A program made the translations under genes and the position numbers. A stretch of 64,000 nucleotides of DNA from Parcubacteria group bacterium (GTDB lineage Bacteria; Patescibacteriota; Minisyncoccia; Moranbacterales; GCA-2747515). The notes under the pieces were generated by a model. It did no database searches. It saw nothing but the letters and a program-made list of their open reading frames with translations, and had not been told where the DNA came from. The stretch spans positions 4,984 through 68,983 of the forward strand of contig JBAZXC010000006.1 in the NCBI GenBank assembly GCA_041660065.1, written 5' to 3'. Numbering within the stretch: position 1 is the first letter of the stretch; each line of letters opens with the position of its first letter. Below, in pieces: positions 47,812 through 57,807 of this stretch.

Positions 47812-48336
47812 TCAATCACTTGCCTTTTTACCTTTGTTAAATAGTTGCTCTGCAGGACACCCTATCTCTTTTTGTTTGCAGAATTTACATGCCAGAGAAC
47901 CTCGCACAAAGCTGTTTCCGACAGAGGTGAGGAGTGCCAACATTATGATCAATGCGAGGATCAGCCACGTGAAATTCATGATCAATACTGTTATTCCCAC
48001 AACAATGGGAATCAGTGAGACAAGGATGTCTGGAGCTATACTCTTCCACGTAATTTTCTTTTTGTTAAATTTATCAGGATGTCCCTTTTTGAAAAACACA
48101 GAACTAATCTTCCCTTTGCCAAAAGCGCAAAATTTCCCATAATAATAACAATTGACACAGCTCGTTTTCAACAGACGAATTTCCAACCCAAAAATATACA
48201 GTACGTAAAATGCTAACCAAACAACACCCAATTGATAGACGACGTACGCCCCTATGCAATAAATCAAGATCGAAACAAGATTGGAAACAATGATGATCCT
48301 GCATGGATAATTTTCAAATGTTTGTGCTTGTCTCAT
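47812..48336 (-). CDS. Cys-rich polytopic membrane protein (hypothetical)
   Basis: 4-5 TM segments; CVNCYYYGKFCAFGKG and CKFCKQKEIGCPA motifs; 174 aa. Confidence 0.4.
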   Translation of the reverse strand: MRQAQTFENYPCRIIIVSNLVSILIYCIGAYVVYQLGVVWLAFYVLYIFGLEIRLLKTSCVNCYYYGKFCAFGKGKISSVFFKKGHPDKFNKKKITWKSIAPDILVSLIPIVVGITVLIMNFTWLILALIIMLALLTSVGNSFVRGSLACKFCKQKEIGCPAEQLFNKGKKASD

Positions 48337-48357
48337 AAAATTGTGTGGATAGATCTT

Positions 48358-48711
48358 TTATTTTCTCGTTCCTATCGGATCAAAACATTCGAAATGGATA
48401 GCATCATCTTTAAAGATCTCAACTACTTTGTAAAGACCTTTGGTATACATAACGCCATCAACGACAAAGTGCGTGGCTTCCACTATTATAACACTTGCCT
48501 TGGGACGTGATAAAATCTCATCACCTTGCGTTTCAATCAACGGGATTGCGCCGTAAAGCCAATAGTTGCGCTGATCGCGTTTTAAAAACGGATAAGTCTT
48601 GTCGACCTCAAGGTTATCAGGAATGCACTCCTCAATTTTACGATTACCATTTTTAAACTCTGAAATATTGCGTAAAGCAAGGTCTGGATTGAATTCAACT
48701 TTTATACCCAT
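48358..48711 (-). CDS. Hypothetical protein (117 aa)
   Basis: ORF in the same operon-like arrangement as the Cys-rich membrane protein; no motif recognised. Confidence 0.35.
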   Translation of the reverse strand: MGIKVEFNPDLALRNISEFKNGNRKIEECIPDNLEVDKTYPFLKRDQRNYWLYGAIPLIETQGDEILSRPKASVIIVEATHFVVDGVMYTKGLYKVVEIFKDDAIHFECFDPIGTRK

Positions 48712-48771
48712 AGAAGTAAGAGCAAATGAATTATTATTTAACGTAATCAGATATGCCGTATTAGGCGATGT

Positions 48772-49593
48772 TTATTTTCTATCTTCTTTTTCTTTTACTA
48801 ATTTAAAAACAAAAACTTTAAAATCTACTAGACGCTTATGCTTATAGCTATCGTCTATTGTAATTTCTGAAGCAGGATATTCCCTTTCAATTTGAATCTT
48901 TAATCCCGCCTCCTTAAACGCACTTAAATAGTCATCTATCGTTATAGCAAAATTTTTAATTGGCACTTCAGACTCGCCGAGTCGTAAAATCAATGGTATG
49001 GCGTTTTTTTGAATTTCATCTTTATTATTCTTTATAGAAGCTACATTTGTCTCTATCAGCACCTCTCCGCCCTCCTTTAAACTTTCACCTATTTCCTTCA
49101 TAACTTTAGAAATGTTGGGACTGTAGATGAGGCTGAAACGAGAAAAAACGAGATCAAACTTATTTTTTCCTACAGACAGATTATTTATATCACCTAGAAC
49201 AAATTCCAATTGTTGAAGTTGCTGTTCTTTGTTTCTCTTTGTTGCCTCCCGTATCATGGATGGGCTCAGATCTATTCCCAACACTCTTTTGGCACCTCTT
49301 TGGCAGAACAATTCTCCATATCGTCCATTGCCACAACCATGATCAAGCACGACTTGATTATCGAAATTTTGCGGAATCAAAGATTCAAAATATTTATCTG
49401 CCTCTGTTTTATGCTCTCCAGATCCAGCATTTTCGCCAACAGTCTTATAATATTGCTCGGTTATATTATCATCGTAAATATTTTCAGGTTTTTGTGTTAT
49501 TGTTTCCATAAAGAAAAAGATAGAAATGAACGAAATGATATTTTTCATAACGTATCCAAATATCTGAAGTTTGCTAGAGTGTAACAAAAGCAA
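48772..49593 (-). CDS. Class I SAM-dependent methyltransferase
   Basis: VLDHGCGNGRYGELF (motif I), DLVFSRFSLIY (motif II-like); hydrophobic N-terminus; 273 aa. Confidence 0.65.
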   Translation of the reverse strand: MLLLHSSKLQIFGYVMKNIISFISIFFFMETITQKPENIYDDNITEQYYKTVGENAGSGEHKTEADKYFESLIPQNFDNQVVLDHGCGNGRYGELFCQRGAKRVLGIDLSPSMIREATKRNKEQQLQQLEFVLGDINNLSVGKNKFDLVFSRFSLIYSPNISKVMKEIGESLKEGGEVLIETNVASIKNNKDEIQKNAIPLILRLGESEVPIKNFAITIDDYLSAFKEAGLKIQIEREYPASEITIDDSYKHKRLVDFKVFVFKLVKEKEDRK

Positions 49594-49751
49594 ACTTGGG
49601 CACGAAAATTTTTCACTCCTTATTAATTATGCTTGATGAAAAATTTCTAAGCCAGATATTTGGTGTTATCGGATGTAAATTTATTTTTGTCACTCCTATT
49701 TAAAATAAAAAATTAGAATTGAGCGAGTGATTGGGCAAACACTCGCTTTTT

Positions 49752-49952
49752 TTACAGAACATATGGATCTGTCACTATAAGGATTAACGCTAATACGCCA
49801 ACCGGATAAAAAGCCATGTAATGAACCAGCGGAGAAAAATCTGGCAAAGTTGCCATGCCGAGGAATACACCTAAAGCTGCAAGTGTCCATCTTCGATAAA
49901 TTACATCTTTATTAAAGAGTTTTTCAAAATACAGATTAAGCCATAATCTCAT
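49752..49952 (-). CDS. Small membrane protein (66 aa)
   Basis: Two hydrophobic segments; the stop overlaps the T-tract of a GAGCGAGTG...CACTCGC terminator hairpin. Confidence 0.3.
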   Translation of the reverse strand: MRLWLNLYFEKLFNKDVIYRRWTLAALGVFLGMATLPDFSPLVHYMAFYPVGVLALILIVTDPYVL

Positions 49953-50106
49953 TATATTCCCTCCATTTTAATAGCCCAATTCTAATTTTTTATTTTATTT
50001 TCAAAAGACAAAAATGAATTTATTTCAGATAACTCACTCTTATGCAAAGTACTTTCCTTTCCTCAATCACTTCTTTATGAATTATACACACAAACCCCAA
50101 ATACAC

Positions 50107-50135
50107 AAAAAACGACATTTTGTGTCGTTTTTTGT
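50107..50135 (-). terminator. Rho-independent terminator ending the ribosomal protein operon after rplO
   Basis: AAAAAACGACA-TTTTG-TGTCGTTTTTTG. A-tract and T-tract flank the hairpin, so it is bidirectional. Confidence 0.6.
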
Positions 50136-50158
50136 CTTTTTGAAGAAAAAGCGAGGTG

Positions 50159-50605
50159 CTATTTTTTGTCTGCAGATGCTATAGTACCGCCGGCTTTTTC
50201 AATTTGTGCCTGTGCGGTAGCTGACACACCGATCCCGCTTGCAATTGTGACCTTTTTTGTGATCGTTCCGACTGCGAGGATCTTCACGTCATTTTTTAGA
50301 GATGTGCTCTTGATGATCTTTTTTTCGATCAATGATACGACTGACACTGTGTCTCCATCGATATAGTTTTTTTCGATCTTTGCAAGAGATACTACCACCT
50401 TTTTTGCATGTGGTGATTTGAATCCGCGCAATTTTTTCATCTTGTCGACAAGTGTCGTGCGACCACCTTCAAAAAGCGGGTCTACATTACCACCACTACG
50501 CGCTTTTTGACCTTTCATGCCACGACCGCTGTACGTGCCACGCTTACCACCGCGACCAATGCGCTTTTTCTTGGTCTTTTTGATAGAAATCTCATGAATC
50601 TGCAT
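50159..50605 (-). CDS. rplO: 50S ribosomal protein L15
   Basis: KKRIGRGGKRGTYSGRGMKGQKARSGG; 148 aa. Confidence 0.9.
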   Translation of the reverse strand: MQIHEISIKKTKKKRIGRGGKRGTYSGRGMKGQKARSGGNVDPLFEGGRTTLVDKMKKLRGFKSPHAKKVVVSLAKIEKNYIDGDTVSVVSLIEKKIIKSTSLKNDVKILAVGTITKKVTIASGIGVSATAQAQIEKAGGTIASADKK

Positions 50606-50626
50606 ATCTCAAAACGTTATTTATGA

Positions 50627-51220
50627 TTATTTAGCCACTTTTTTCACAACTTTTTTTGGTGCTGCCTTTTTTACCGCAACAGGCTTCTTTGTCTTTTTTT
50701 CCTCCACAGCCTTTACTTCCTTTTTCTCTTCCGGAGCAACCTCTCGCACATGCAAGTTTTTCAATGCACCGACAGCTGCTCGCGCAACGTTAAGTTTATT
50801 TGATGATCCTTGTGATTTTGCCACAACATCTCGGATGCCTACCAATTCCACAACTGAACGCACAGCTCCTCCGGCGATAATACCGCGTCCTTCTTTTGTC
50901 GGCTTCAAGATCACTTTTGCACTGCCAAGTTTACATGTGATGTCATGCGCAATGGTATTTCCTGCCAATACGATCGTGATCAGATTCTTTTTTGCATCCG
51001 CAGCCGCTTTTTGGATCGCCTGAGAAACATCCGACCCCTTTGCAACACCTACGCCCACTTTTCCTTTTCGGTTACCGATCACAACAGTCGCACGGAAACG
51101 GAAACGTCGACCGCCTTTTACCACGCGTGTTACACGAGCCAAATCCAACATTTGCTGATCAAATTCAGATTTTTGTCGTCGTTTATTATCTCCTTTTTTT
51201 CGATCTTTTTTCATTGCCAT
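50627..51220 (-). CDS. rpsE: 30S ribosomal protein S5 with a Lys-rich C-terminal extension
   Basis: RFRFRATVVIGNRKGKVGVGVAKG...; extra ~35-aa K/V/A tail; 197 aa. No L30 gene between S5 and L15. Confidence 0.9.
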   Translation of the reverse strand: MAMKKDRKKGDNKRRQKSEFDQQMLDLARVTRVVKGGRRFRFRATVVIGNRKGKVGVGVAKGSDVSQAIQKAAADAKKNLITIVLAGNTIAHDITCKLGSAKVILKPTKEGRGIIAGGAVRSVVELVGIRDVVAKSQGSSNKLNVARAAVGALKNLHVREVAPEEKKEVKAVEEKKTKKPVAVKKAAPKKVVKKVAK

Positions 51221-51243
51221 ATGATCTTAATACGCCATGTAAA

Positions 51244-51594
51244 TTAAAACTTTAGTCCAGCTGACCGTGCACCCTCTGCTATAGCTTTGACTTTTCCATG
51301 ATATTTGTATCCCGCACGATCAAAGACGATCTCAGTGATCTTTTTTTCTATCGCTTTTTTTGCGATCAATGCACCGAGCTTCTCCGCATCAGCGACAGTA
51401 TTTTTTGCACCCTTGATCTCAGCCAGTTGCGCAGATGCAACAGTGGTTTGCTTTGTGTCGTCGATCAATTGCACCGACAAACTGCGTAATGAACGAAAAA
51501 CGCTCAATCGTGGTCGCACTGTTGTGCCATTCACATGTGCACGCACACGCTGTGCTCTGTGTAATCTTTTCTTATTTTTAGTAGTATTATTCAT
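51244..51594 (-). CDS. rplR: 50S ribosomal protein L18
   Basis: RPRLSVFRSLRSLSVQLIDD; 116 aa. Confidence 0.9.
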   Translation of the reverse strand: MNNTTKNKKRLHRAQRVRAHVNGTTVRPRLSVFRSLRSLSVQLIDDTKQTTVASAQLAEIKGAKNTVADAEKLGALIAKKAIEKKITEIVFDRAGYKYHGKVKAIAEGARSAGLKF

Positions 51595-51623
51595 AGTTTA
51601 TGCTTAAAATATACACATCACAA

Positions 51624-52160
51624 TTATGCCGATGCTTTCTTTCCTTCCTTGCGACGCACTTGCTCGCCAAAATAACGGAATCCTTTGCCCTTGTATGGTT
51701 CCACCGGTTTCAAAGCGCGAATATTTGCCGCAAACTGTCCCACTGCATGCTTGTCAATTCCCGTAATTGTCATCAGAGCATTTTCGATCACTACAGTAAT
51801 CCCGTCAGGAATCGCCACAATAACAGGATGCGAAAAGCCGAGAGCCATTTCAACATTTTGTCCTTTTACCGCCATACGATAGCCCACGCCATTCAATTCC
51901 AGTTTCTTTTCAAATCCCTGCACAACACCTGTGATCATGTTTTCCACAAGACGCGCTGTCGTACCCCACATTGCCTGCGCGATCTGTGCATTGTGTTTTT
52001 TCTTTACAGAAATGCTATTGTCTTCAATCACAACATCAACAGAATTGTGAATAGGCATCGACAATTCTCCTTTTGCTCCTTTGACAACCACACTCCCGCC
52101 GGATATTGCAACAGTCACACCACTGGGGATATCTAATTTTTTTTGACCAATTCGACTCAT
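51624..52160 (-). CDS. rplF: 50S ribosomal protein L6
   Basis: MSRIGQKKLDIPSGVTV...; 178 aa. Confidence 0.9.
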   Translation of the reverse strand: MSRIGQKKLDIPSGVTVAISGGSVVVKGAKGELSMPIHNSVDVVIEDNSISVKKKHNAQIAQAMWGTTARLVENMITGVVQGFEKKLELNGVGYRMAVKGQNVEMALGFSHPVIVAIPDGITVVIENALMTITGIDKHAVGQFAANIRALKPVEPYKGKGFRYFGEQVRRKEGKKASA

Positions 52161-52190
52161 ATTATTATGTTAGATTTAACGCGCATTAAC

Positions 52191-52610
52191 TTACCACAAT
52201 TCACAGATCACTTCTCCGCCAAGACCTTTTTTACGAGCATCTTTACCAGACATTACGCCCTGTGATGTAGAGATAATAGAAATACCGAAACCGTTACGCA
52301 CCTTGTGAATATTTTCTTTTTTGATATATGCTCGTTGACCCTGTTTACTCACTTGACGAATATTCTCAATCGCCGGTTTTTTTACCGTGCTTGAAATATG
52401 ATTATATTTGAGAGTAATGTGGATGTTCTCCCGCTTTTCATTATTTTCATCCACAACACGATCCGCTTTCTCAATGAAGCCTTCCTTTGCCAAAACTTGT
52501 GCTATAGCATATTTTAGTTTTGACATCGGCACAACAACAACACTGTGCCCGACAGCGGACGCATTGCGAATTCGTGTTAACATGTCACTAATTGAATCGA
52601 TCATAATCAC
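52191..52610 (-). CDS. rpsH: 30S ribosomal protein S8
   Basis: DSISDMLTRIRNA...; 139 aa. Confidence 0.9.
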   Translation of the reverse strand: MIMIDSISDMLTRIRNASAVGHSVVVVPMSKLKYAIAQVLAKEGFIEKADRVVDENNEKRENIHITLKYNHISSTVKKPAIENIRQVSKQGQRAYIKKENIHKVRNGFGISIISTSQGVMSGKDARKKGLGGEVICELW

Positions 52611-52647
52611 TTATCATTTAAATATCAAACTATTTTTCAAAAATAAA

Positions 52648-52833
52648 CTACCAACTACTCTTTTTAACACCAGGCAATTCTCCCTTGCTTGCCAACTCAC
52701 GAAAACATACGCGACAAATACCGAAATAACGGAGATATCCTCTTTTACGCGAACACTTCCAACAACGTCGAACCTCGCGTGAAGAGAACTTCGGTTTTTT
52801 GTCTGCTCGTGCTTTTACTGATGTCTTTGCCAT
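52648..52833 (-). CDS. rpsZ: 30S ribosomal protein S14 type Z (zinc-binding)
   Basis: 61 aa, [20 protein letters not shown]. Confidence 0.9.
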   Translation of the reverse strand: MAKTSVKARADKKPKFSSREVRRCWKCSRKRGYLRYFGICRVCFRELASKGELPGVKKSSW

Positions 52834-52853
52834 ATCTTATTTAGTACAATAAA

Positions 52854-53408
52854 TTATTTTTGACTTTTCAATGGAAATCCCAACGCTCTATACATTTTTT
52901 CCGCATCTTCCTTGTTTCTCGCAGAAGAAACGACTGTCACCTGAAATCCGAACGAATTACGCACGTTTTCTGCGACAATCTCCGGAAAAATTGTATGTTC
53001 CTTTATGCCGATATTGAGATTGCCTGATTGATCGATCGCCTCAATATTGATCCCCTGAAAATCGCGCACACGTGGTAATGAGATCCCCACCAATCGATTG
53101 AGAAAATCCCACATCCTTCTTCCACGCAACGTTACCTTCATCCCAACATCCTGTCCTTCACGAATCTTGAACGTAGCGATGGATTTTGTTGCTTTTGTGT
53201 TTAACGGCTTTTGACCGGTAATATCTCGCAACCCCTTTTCCACTTCAGCCAAACCTTCCGTATTTTTGATAAACTTTCCGATACCAACGTTCACCACAAC
53301 TTTTTCTATACGTGGAACCAACATGACACTGTCAAGACCGAGATCTTTTTGCAAAGTCTTTGCCATGTCATTATATCGCTGTTTAATTGTCTTTATTGTA
53401 GTACTCAT
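52854..53408 (-). CDS. rplE: 50S ribosomal protein L5
   Basis: 184 aa; position between L24 and S14; conserved L5 blocks. Confidence 0.9.
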   Translation of the reverse strand: MSTTIKTIKQRYNDMAKTLQKDLGLDSVMLVPRIEKVVVNVGIGKFIKNTEGLAEVEKGLRDITGQKPLNTKATKSIATFKIREGQDVGMKVTLRGRRMWDFLNRLVGISLPRVRDFQGINIEAIDQSGNLNIGIKEHTIFPEIVAENVRNSFGFQVTVVSSARNKEDAEKMYRALGFPLKSQK

Positions 53409-53416
53409 ATATTACG

Positions 53417-53728
53417 TTATTCAATTTCTTTACCACTCTTCTTTGACACACGTACCTTTACTCCTTCTTTCACCACAAATCCTACACGAGTCGGCTTATC
53501 AGTATGCGGACACACCAATGCGACATTTGATATGGCAATCGGCGCTTCGATCGAAATCCTTTCGCCTTTTTGTCCCATTTGACTCGCTTTTTTGTGTCGT
53601 ATGACCATGTTGCGCTTCTTTACCGTCACCGTAGCATTTACAGCAGAAACAGCAATTACTTCGCCACGCTTTCCGCGATCCTTTCCTGCGATTATCTCCA
53701 CATTGTCACCCTTTTTAATCTTCAACAT
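53417..53728 (-). CDS. rplX: 50S ribosomal protein L24
   Basis: MLKIKKGDNVEIIAGKDRGKRGEV (KOW motif); 103 aa. Confidence 0.9.
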   Translation of the reverse strand: MLKIKKGDNVEIIAGKDRGKRGEVIAVSAVNATVTVKKRNMVIRHKKASQMGQKGERISIEAPIAISNVALVCPHTDKPTRVGFVVKEGVKVRVSKKSGKEIE

Positions 53729-53751
53729 ATCTCTAAAAAAATTATTCGATG

Positions 53752-54123
53752 TTATAAAACTTCCGGCGCAAGCGAAACGATCTTTGCATAACCTTTTTCA
53801 CGAAGTTCGCGTGCAACCGGCCCAAATATACGCGTAGCTTTTGGTTCTTTGTTATTTGGATCAACGATCACAGCTGCATTTTCATCAAATCGAATATATG
53901 AACCATCTTTGCGTCGCAATGCTTTCTTTTGGCGCACGATCACAGCCTTTACCACATCACATGCTTTGACGCTACCTCGTGGCTCAGCGTTTTTGACAGA
54001 TGCAATAATAATATCTCCCACCTGTGCATACCGCTTCTTGGAACCACCAAGAACCTTAAAACATTCAATGTTTTTCGCGCCAGAGTTATCTGCAACTTTT
54101 AGCCATGTTTCCGACTGAATCAT
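53752..54123 (-). CDS. rplN: 50S ribosomal protein L14
   Basis: [17 protein letters not shown]; 123 aa. Confidence 0.9.
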   Translation of the reverse strand: MIQSETWLKVADNSGAKNIECFKVLGGSKKRYAQVGDIIIASVKNAEPRGSVKACDVVKAVIVRQKKALRRKDGSYIRFDENAAVIVDPNNKEPKATRIFGPVARELREKGYAKIVSLAPEVL

Positions 54124-54151
54124 ACTTTTCTCTTAAAAAAATCTTTATAAA

Positions 54152-54391
54152 CTATATTACTACAACAAATTTTTTATCCTTACTCATTGGTCGTCCCGGT
54201 ACGATTTTCACCACATCACCGATCTTATATGCATTTTCCGGATCGTGCACCTTATATTTTTTTGTGGAAATATATTTTTTCAAATATTTTTTATGTGTTT
54301 TGAATGTATCCACGGCTACAACAATCGTCTTATCCATCGCATCCGAAACCACCGTGCCTTTCAAAATCATTTTTTTCTTCTCTTGGGTCAT
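54152..54391 (-). CDS. rpsQ: 30S ribosomal protein S17
   Basis: 79 aa; GTVVSDAMDKTIVV... Confidence 0.85.
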   Translation of the reverse strand: MTQEKKKMILKGTVVSDAMDKTIVVAVDTFKTHKKYLKKYISTKKYKVHDPENAYKIGDVVKIVPGRPMSKDKKFVVVI

Positions 54392-54412
54392 AAAAATTTC
54401 TTAAAAAATATA

Positions 54413-54607
54413 TTATGCGCTTCGCTTCTTTTCGCCAATCACCGTCATCACCTGTGCAAGATCTCTTTTCGCACATGTGATTTTATTGTGTTCTTTGCTT
54501 TTATTGAGTGTAATATCCATCACGCTCTGATGAATTTTGCCACGCAAATCTTCTGCCACAATAAGCAACTCATCGATATTCTTTTCTCTCAATTCTACTA
54601 CCTTCAT
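54413..54607 (-). CDS. rpmC: 50S ribosomal protein L29
   Basis: 64 aa; LREKNIDELL. Confidence 0.85.
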   Translation of the reverse strand: MKVVELREKNIDELLIVAEDLRGKIHQSVMDITLNKSKEHNKITCAKRDLAQVMTVIGEKKRSA

Positions 54608-54620
54608 AAAAATTGCTTAA

Positions 54621-55037
54621 TTATTCACCATGCTTTGTTACAAACCGCGTCTTCACTCCCAATTTATGCCCCGCAAGGCGACATGCCTCTCGCGCAGTGG
54701 TTTCATCAATACCGTCAATTTCAAACATAATCTTCCCTGCTTTTACTTTTGCGACATAATGGTCAACGGCACCTTTACCCTTACCCATCGGTGTTTCATC
54801 ACCTTTTTTTGTCATCGGATGATCAGGAAAAATGCGAATCCAATATTTGCCCGTACGTTGCATGTATCGCGTCACTGTGCGACGTGCTGATTCGATCTGT
54901 CTCGCAGTCACGAGACCGGACGTTGTCGCCTTCAAACCAAAACTGCCAAAATCAACAGAAGTTCCACGCTTTGCGAGTCCTTTGAGCGCACCTCCGCGAT
55001 GCATTTTTCTATGTTTTACTTTTCGTGGCATTAACAT
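54621..55037 (-). CDS. rplP: 50S ribosomal protein L16
   Basis: MLMPRKVKHRKMHRG; 138 aa. Confidence 0.9.
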   Translation of the reverse strand: MLMPRKVKHRKMHRGGALKGLAKRGTSVDFGSFGLKATTSGLVTARQIESARRTVTRYMQRTGKYWIRIFPDHPMTKKGDETPMGKGKGAVDHYVAKVKAGKIMFEIDGIDETTAREACRLAGHKLGVKTRFVTKHGE

Positions 55038-55068
55038 ACTTTTTTGTAAAATCTATGGTTACTTAATA

Positions 55069-55716
55069 TTAATTCTCTTTGAACACTTCTCCCTTATATA
55101 CCCACACTTTCACGCCAATCGCACCGTATGTCGTTCGTGCGACATCGCGCGCAAAATCAATATCTGCTCGGAGTGTGTGAAGTGGAATTGTTCCTTCGCT
55201 CAACCATTCTACGCGCGACATTTCTGCACCATTCAATCGTCCTGACATCTGAATTTTCATTCCTTTGATATTACGATTCTTTGCAGCCAATTCAAGTGTT
55301 GTTTTGAGAACGCGACGGAATGGCATACGCTTTTCCAACTGCTCTGCGACGTTTTGCGCAACAAGCGCAGCACTCTCCTCAAACTGTTTGATCTCTTTGA
55401 TATCCACTTTTACATCAATTTTCTTTCCCGGAAAAACTGTCTTTTTTACAAAAGTGATCAAATCCTCAATCCCGCTACCGCCACGACCAATGATCATACC
55501 GGGTCGCGATGTCTTTATGATCACCTTCACGCTATTCGCATTCCGCTCCACCTCAACATCTGCGATTGCAGCGTGACGCCATTTTTTCATCACAGCACGA
55601 CGAAGCATAACATCCTGCTCAAGCAGATGTGCATAATTATTGCCACCAAACCAACGTGAACGCCAGTTTGTTGTTATACCTAATCGGAGACCTTTTGGAT
55701 TTACTTTATGACCCAT
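55069..55716 (-). CDS. rpsC: 30S ribosomal protein S3
   Basis: MGHKVNPKGLRLG, KH domain; 215 aa. Confidence 0.9.
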   Translation of the reverse strand: MGHKVNPKGLRLGITTNWRSRWFGGNNYAHLLEQDVMLRRAVMKKWRHAAIADVEVERNANSVKVIIKTSRPGMIIGRGGSGIEDLITFVKKTVFPGKKIDVKVDIKEIKQFEESAALVAQNVAEQLEKRMPFRRVLKTTLELAAKNRNIKGMKIQMSGRLNGAEMSRVEWLSEGTIPLHTLRADIDFARDVARTTYGAIGVKVWVYKGEVFKEN

Positions 55717-55731
55717 ACTATCTATAAAATA

Positions 55732-56115
55732 TTATTTATTCGCATCTTTTTTCTGAACACTCTTCTTTGGTTTCGCCACTGCCTTTTCCTCCAAAACAAC
55801 GTTAATGGATGACGTTCGCTTGAGGATCTGCGATGCACGACCATACGCTCGCGGCATCCAACGCTTCAATGTTGGCCCCTCTTCAACTGTAATATTTTTT
55901 ATAATGAGATTGTCCCCGCTTAATTTGTGATTATTTTGCGCATTTGCTACTGCACTCTTCAACAATTTTTGCATTGGCTCAGCAGTTTTACGCAAATCAT
56001 ATGCGAGCATTGCAATCGCCTTTTTTATGTCCATACCACGCACACGATCAGCCACAAGACGCACCTTTCGTGGTGATATGCGTAAATTGTTCAATTGTGC
56101 CGTAACTTTTGTCAT
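55732..56115 (-). CDS. rplV: 50S ribosomal protein L22
   Basis: 127 aa; position and L22 blocks. Confidence 0.85.
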   Translation of the reverse strand: MTKVTAQLNNLRISPRKVRLVADRVRGMDIKKAIAMLAYDLRKTAEPMQKLLKSAVANAQNNHKLSGDNLIIKNITVEEGPTLKRWMPRAYGRASQILKRTSSINVVLEEKAVAKPKKSVQKKDANK

Positions 56116-56160
56116 AATATGTATTTAAAACCAATTTTCATTAATATCCCTCTTTACCAC

Positions 56161-56478
56161 TTATTTTCCTTTTGCTGAATCAATTTCACGCTGTTTTGCC
56201 GCTTGTTCCAAATCTTTCTGCATCTTACCACCATGACGAGAAAATCGACGTGTCGGTGAGAATTCACCAAGCTTGTGTCCAACCATCTCTTCTGACACAA
56301 AGACGCTGATAAAATCTTTTCCATTATGCACCAAAAAGGTAAAACCAATCATTTCGGGAGAAATCGTACATGCACGTGACCACGTCTTGATCGTGCCTGT
56401 CTCTTGAGGAGTTTTTCCCGTGACTTTTTTCATCACTCTCTCATCTATGTATAAACCTTTTTTTACTGATCGACTCAT
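56161..56478 (-). CDS. rpsS: 30S ribosomal protein S19
   Basis: [17 protein letters not shown]; 105 aa. Confidence 0.9.
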   Translation of the reverse strand: MSRSVKKGLYIDERVMKKVTGKTPQETGTIKTWSRACTISPEMIGFTFLVHNGKDFISVFVSEEMVGHKLGEFSPTRRFSRHGGKMQKDLEQAAKQREIDSAKGK

Positions 56479-56495
56479 GATTTTACTCTATGTAA

Positions 56496-57326
56496 TTATT
56501 TCTTATGTCGTGACTTCACAATATACTTGTCGCTTGCTTTGCTTTTTCTTCGCGTCCGCACACCAAGTGCCGGTTTGCCCCATGGCGTTTTTGGATATTT
56601 CAAACCAATCGGTTGTCGTCCTTCACCACCACCATGCGGATGATCCACAGGATTCATTACCGTCCCACGTACTGCCGGACGTTTTCCCATATGTCGCGCG
56701 CGTCCCGCTTTTCCGATATTGACAGTATTGTGTTCAAAATTACTCACAGAACCGATCGTTGCATAACATTCATTATCGATCAAACGGATCTCTCCGGACG
56801 GCATTTTGAGCTGTGCGTACTTTTCATCCACACTCATCACCAATGCGCTACTGCCAGCACTGCGAATAATCTGTCCACCCTTACCGCGTTTCATTTCAAT
56901 ATTTGATACAGAGGTACTGGATGCGATGTTCTTTAATTTTGTACGATTTCCCTCATTGATCGGCGCATTTTCTCCTGTAATGATCTGCATGCCGACACGC
57001 ATACCTTCCGTCGCCAAAACATATCGCTTCTCCCCATCCGCATAGTTTATGAGTGCAATAAGAGCACTGCGATTCGGATCGCGTTCAATTGCTACAATCC
57101 TGCCGGGGATATCAATTTTGTTTTGTTTGAAATCAACAAGACGATACAATTTTTTATGACCAACACAACGATGTCGTACAGAGATTTTCCCATTTGCGCG
57201 TCCTGCTTTCTTATTGAGAGAAATGCACAAAGACTTTTCCGGTTCCTTATCCGTCACAGCGATCGGCTTTACGATCGACATATTGCGTCTTGCAGAATGA
57301 TTTCTTTTATATACTTTAATTGCCAT
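56496..57326 (-). CDS. rplB: 50S ribosomal protein L2
   Basis: 276 aa; HPHGGGEGR motif. Confidence 0.95.
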   Translation of the reverse strand: MAIKVYKRNHSARRNMSIVKPIAVTDKEPEKSLCISLNKKAGRANGKISVRHRCVGHKKLYRLVDFKQNKIDIPGRIVAIERDPNRSALIALINYADGEKRYVLATEGMRVGMQIITGENAPINEGNRTKLKNIASSTSVSNIEMKRGKGGQIIRSAGSSALVMSVDEKYAQLKMPSGEIRLIDNECYATIGSVSNFEHNTVNIGKAGRARHMGKRPAVRGTVMNPVDHPHGGGEGRQPIGLKYPKTPWGKPALGVRTRRKSKASDKYIVKSRHKK

Positions 57327-57362
57327 AATCCGAGAATTATTTATCTACTATACTATAAAATG

Positions 57363-57788
57363 TTATACGCTTTCAAAAACTGCGATGTGCTGACCTTTTG
57401 CAACAGTCACAATCGCTTTTTTATATAATTTCTGATATCCGCGATCATACTTGACAGTCCGTCTTTTCGGTTTTACTACAACCATATGCACATCCTTTAC
57501 TGTCACTTTGTACATTTTTTCTACGATATTTTTTACTTGTTTTTTTGTCGCACTTTTGGCCACACGAAACGCAAACTTGCTCATCGCTGCCATTTTGTGG
57601 GATTTCTCCGTCACAATCGGCGCCTCGATCACACCGTATGCCTGCGCAATTGATGCTACATCGTCCACCACCACTTTTTTTGTCGATCGTTTTTCACTTT
57701 TTGGGGCAACTTTCTTTTCTGCTTCTGCGCCAACTTGTGCGTCATGATCTTTTGTGGATTCTTCTTTTTTGCTACTAAAAATTCCCAT
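57363..57788 (-). CDS. rplW: 50S ribosomal protein L23 with a ~40-aa Lys/Glu-rich N-terminal extension
   Basis: L23 core in the C-terminal 100 aa; 141 aa total. Confidence 0.8.
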   Translation of the reverse strand: MGIFSSKKEESTKDHDAQVGAEAEKKVAPKSEKRSTKKVVVDDVASIAQAYGVIEAPIVTEKSHKMAAMSKFAFRVAKSATKKQVKNIVEKMYKVTVKDVHMVVVKPKRRTVKYDRGYQKLYKKAIVTVAKGQHIAVFESV

Positions 57789-57807
57789 ATTTTTACATCA
57801 TTGCCAA

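Noticed and set aside
49721-49756. A hairpin plus T7 tract that reads as a strong plus-strand terminator with no plus-strand gene upstream
   Set aside because: It sits immediately after the stop of the minus-strand small membrane gene and is flanked by A/T tracts on both sides. Treated as a bidirectional terminator serving the minus-strand gene.
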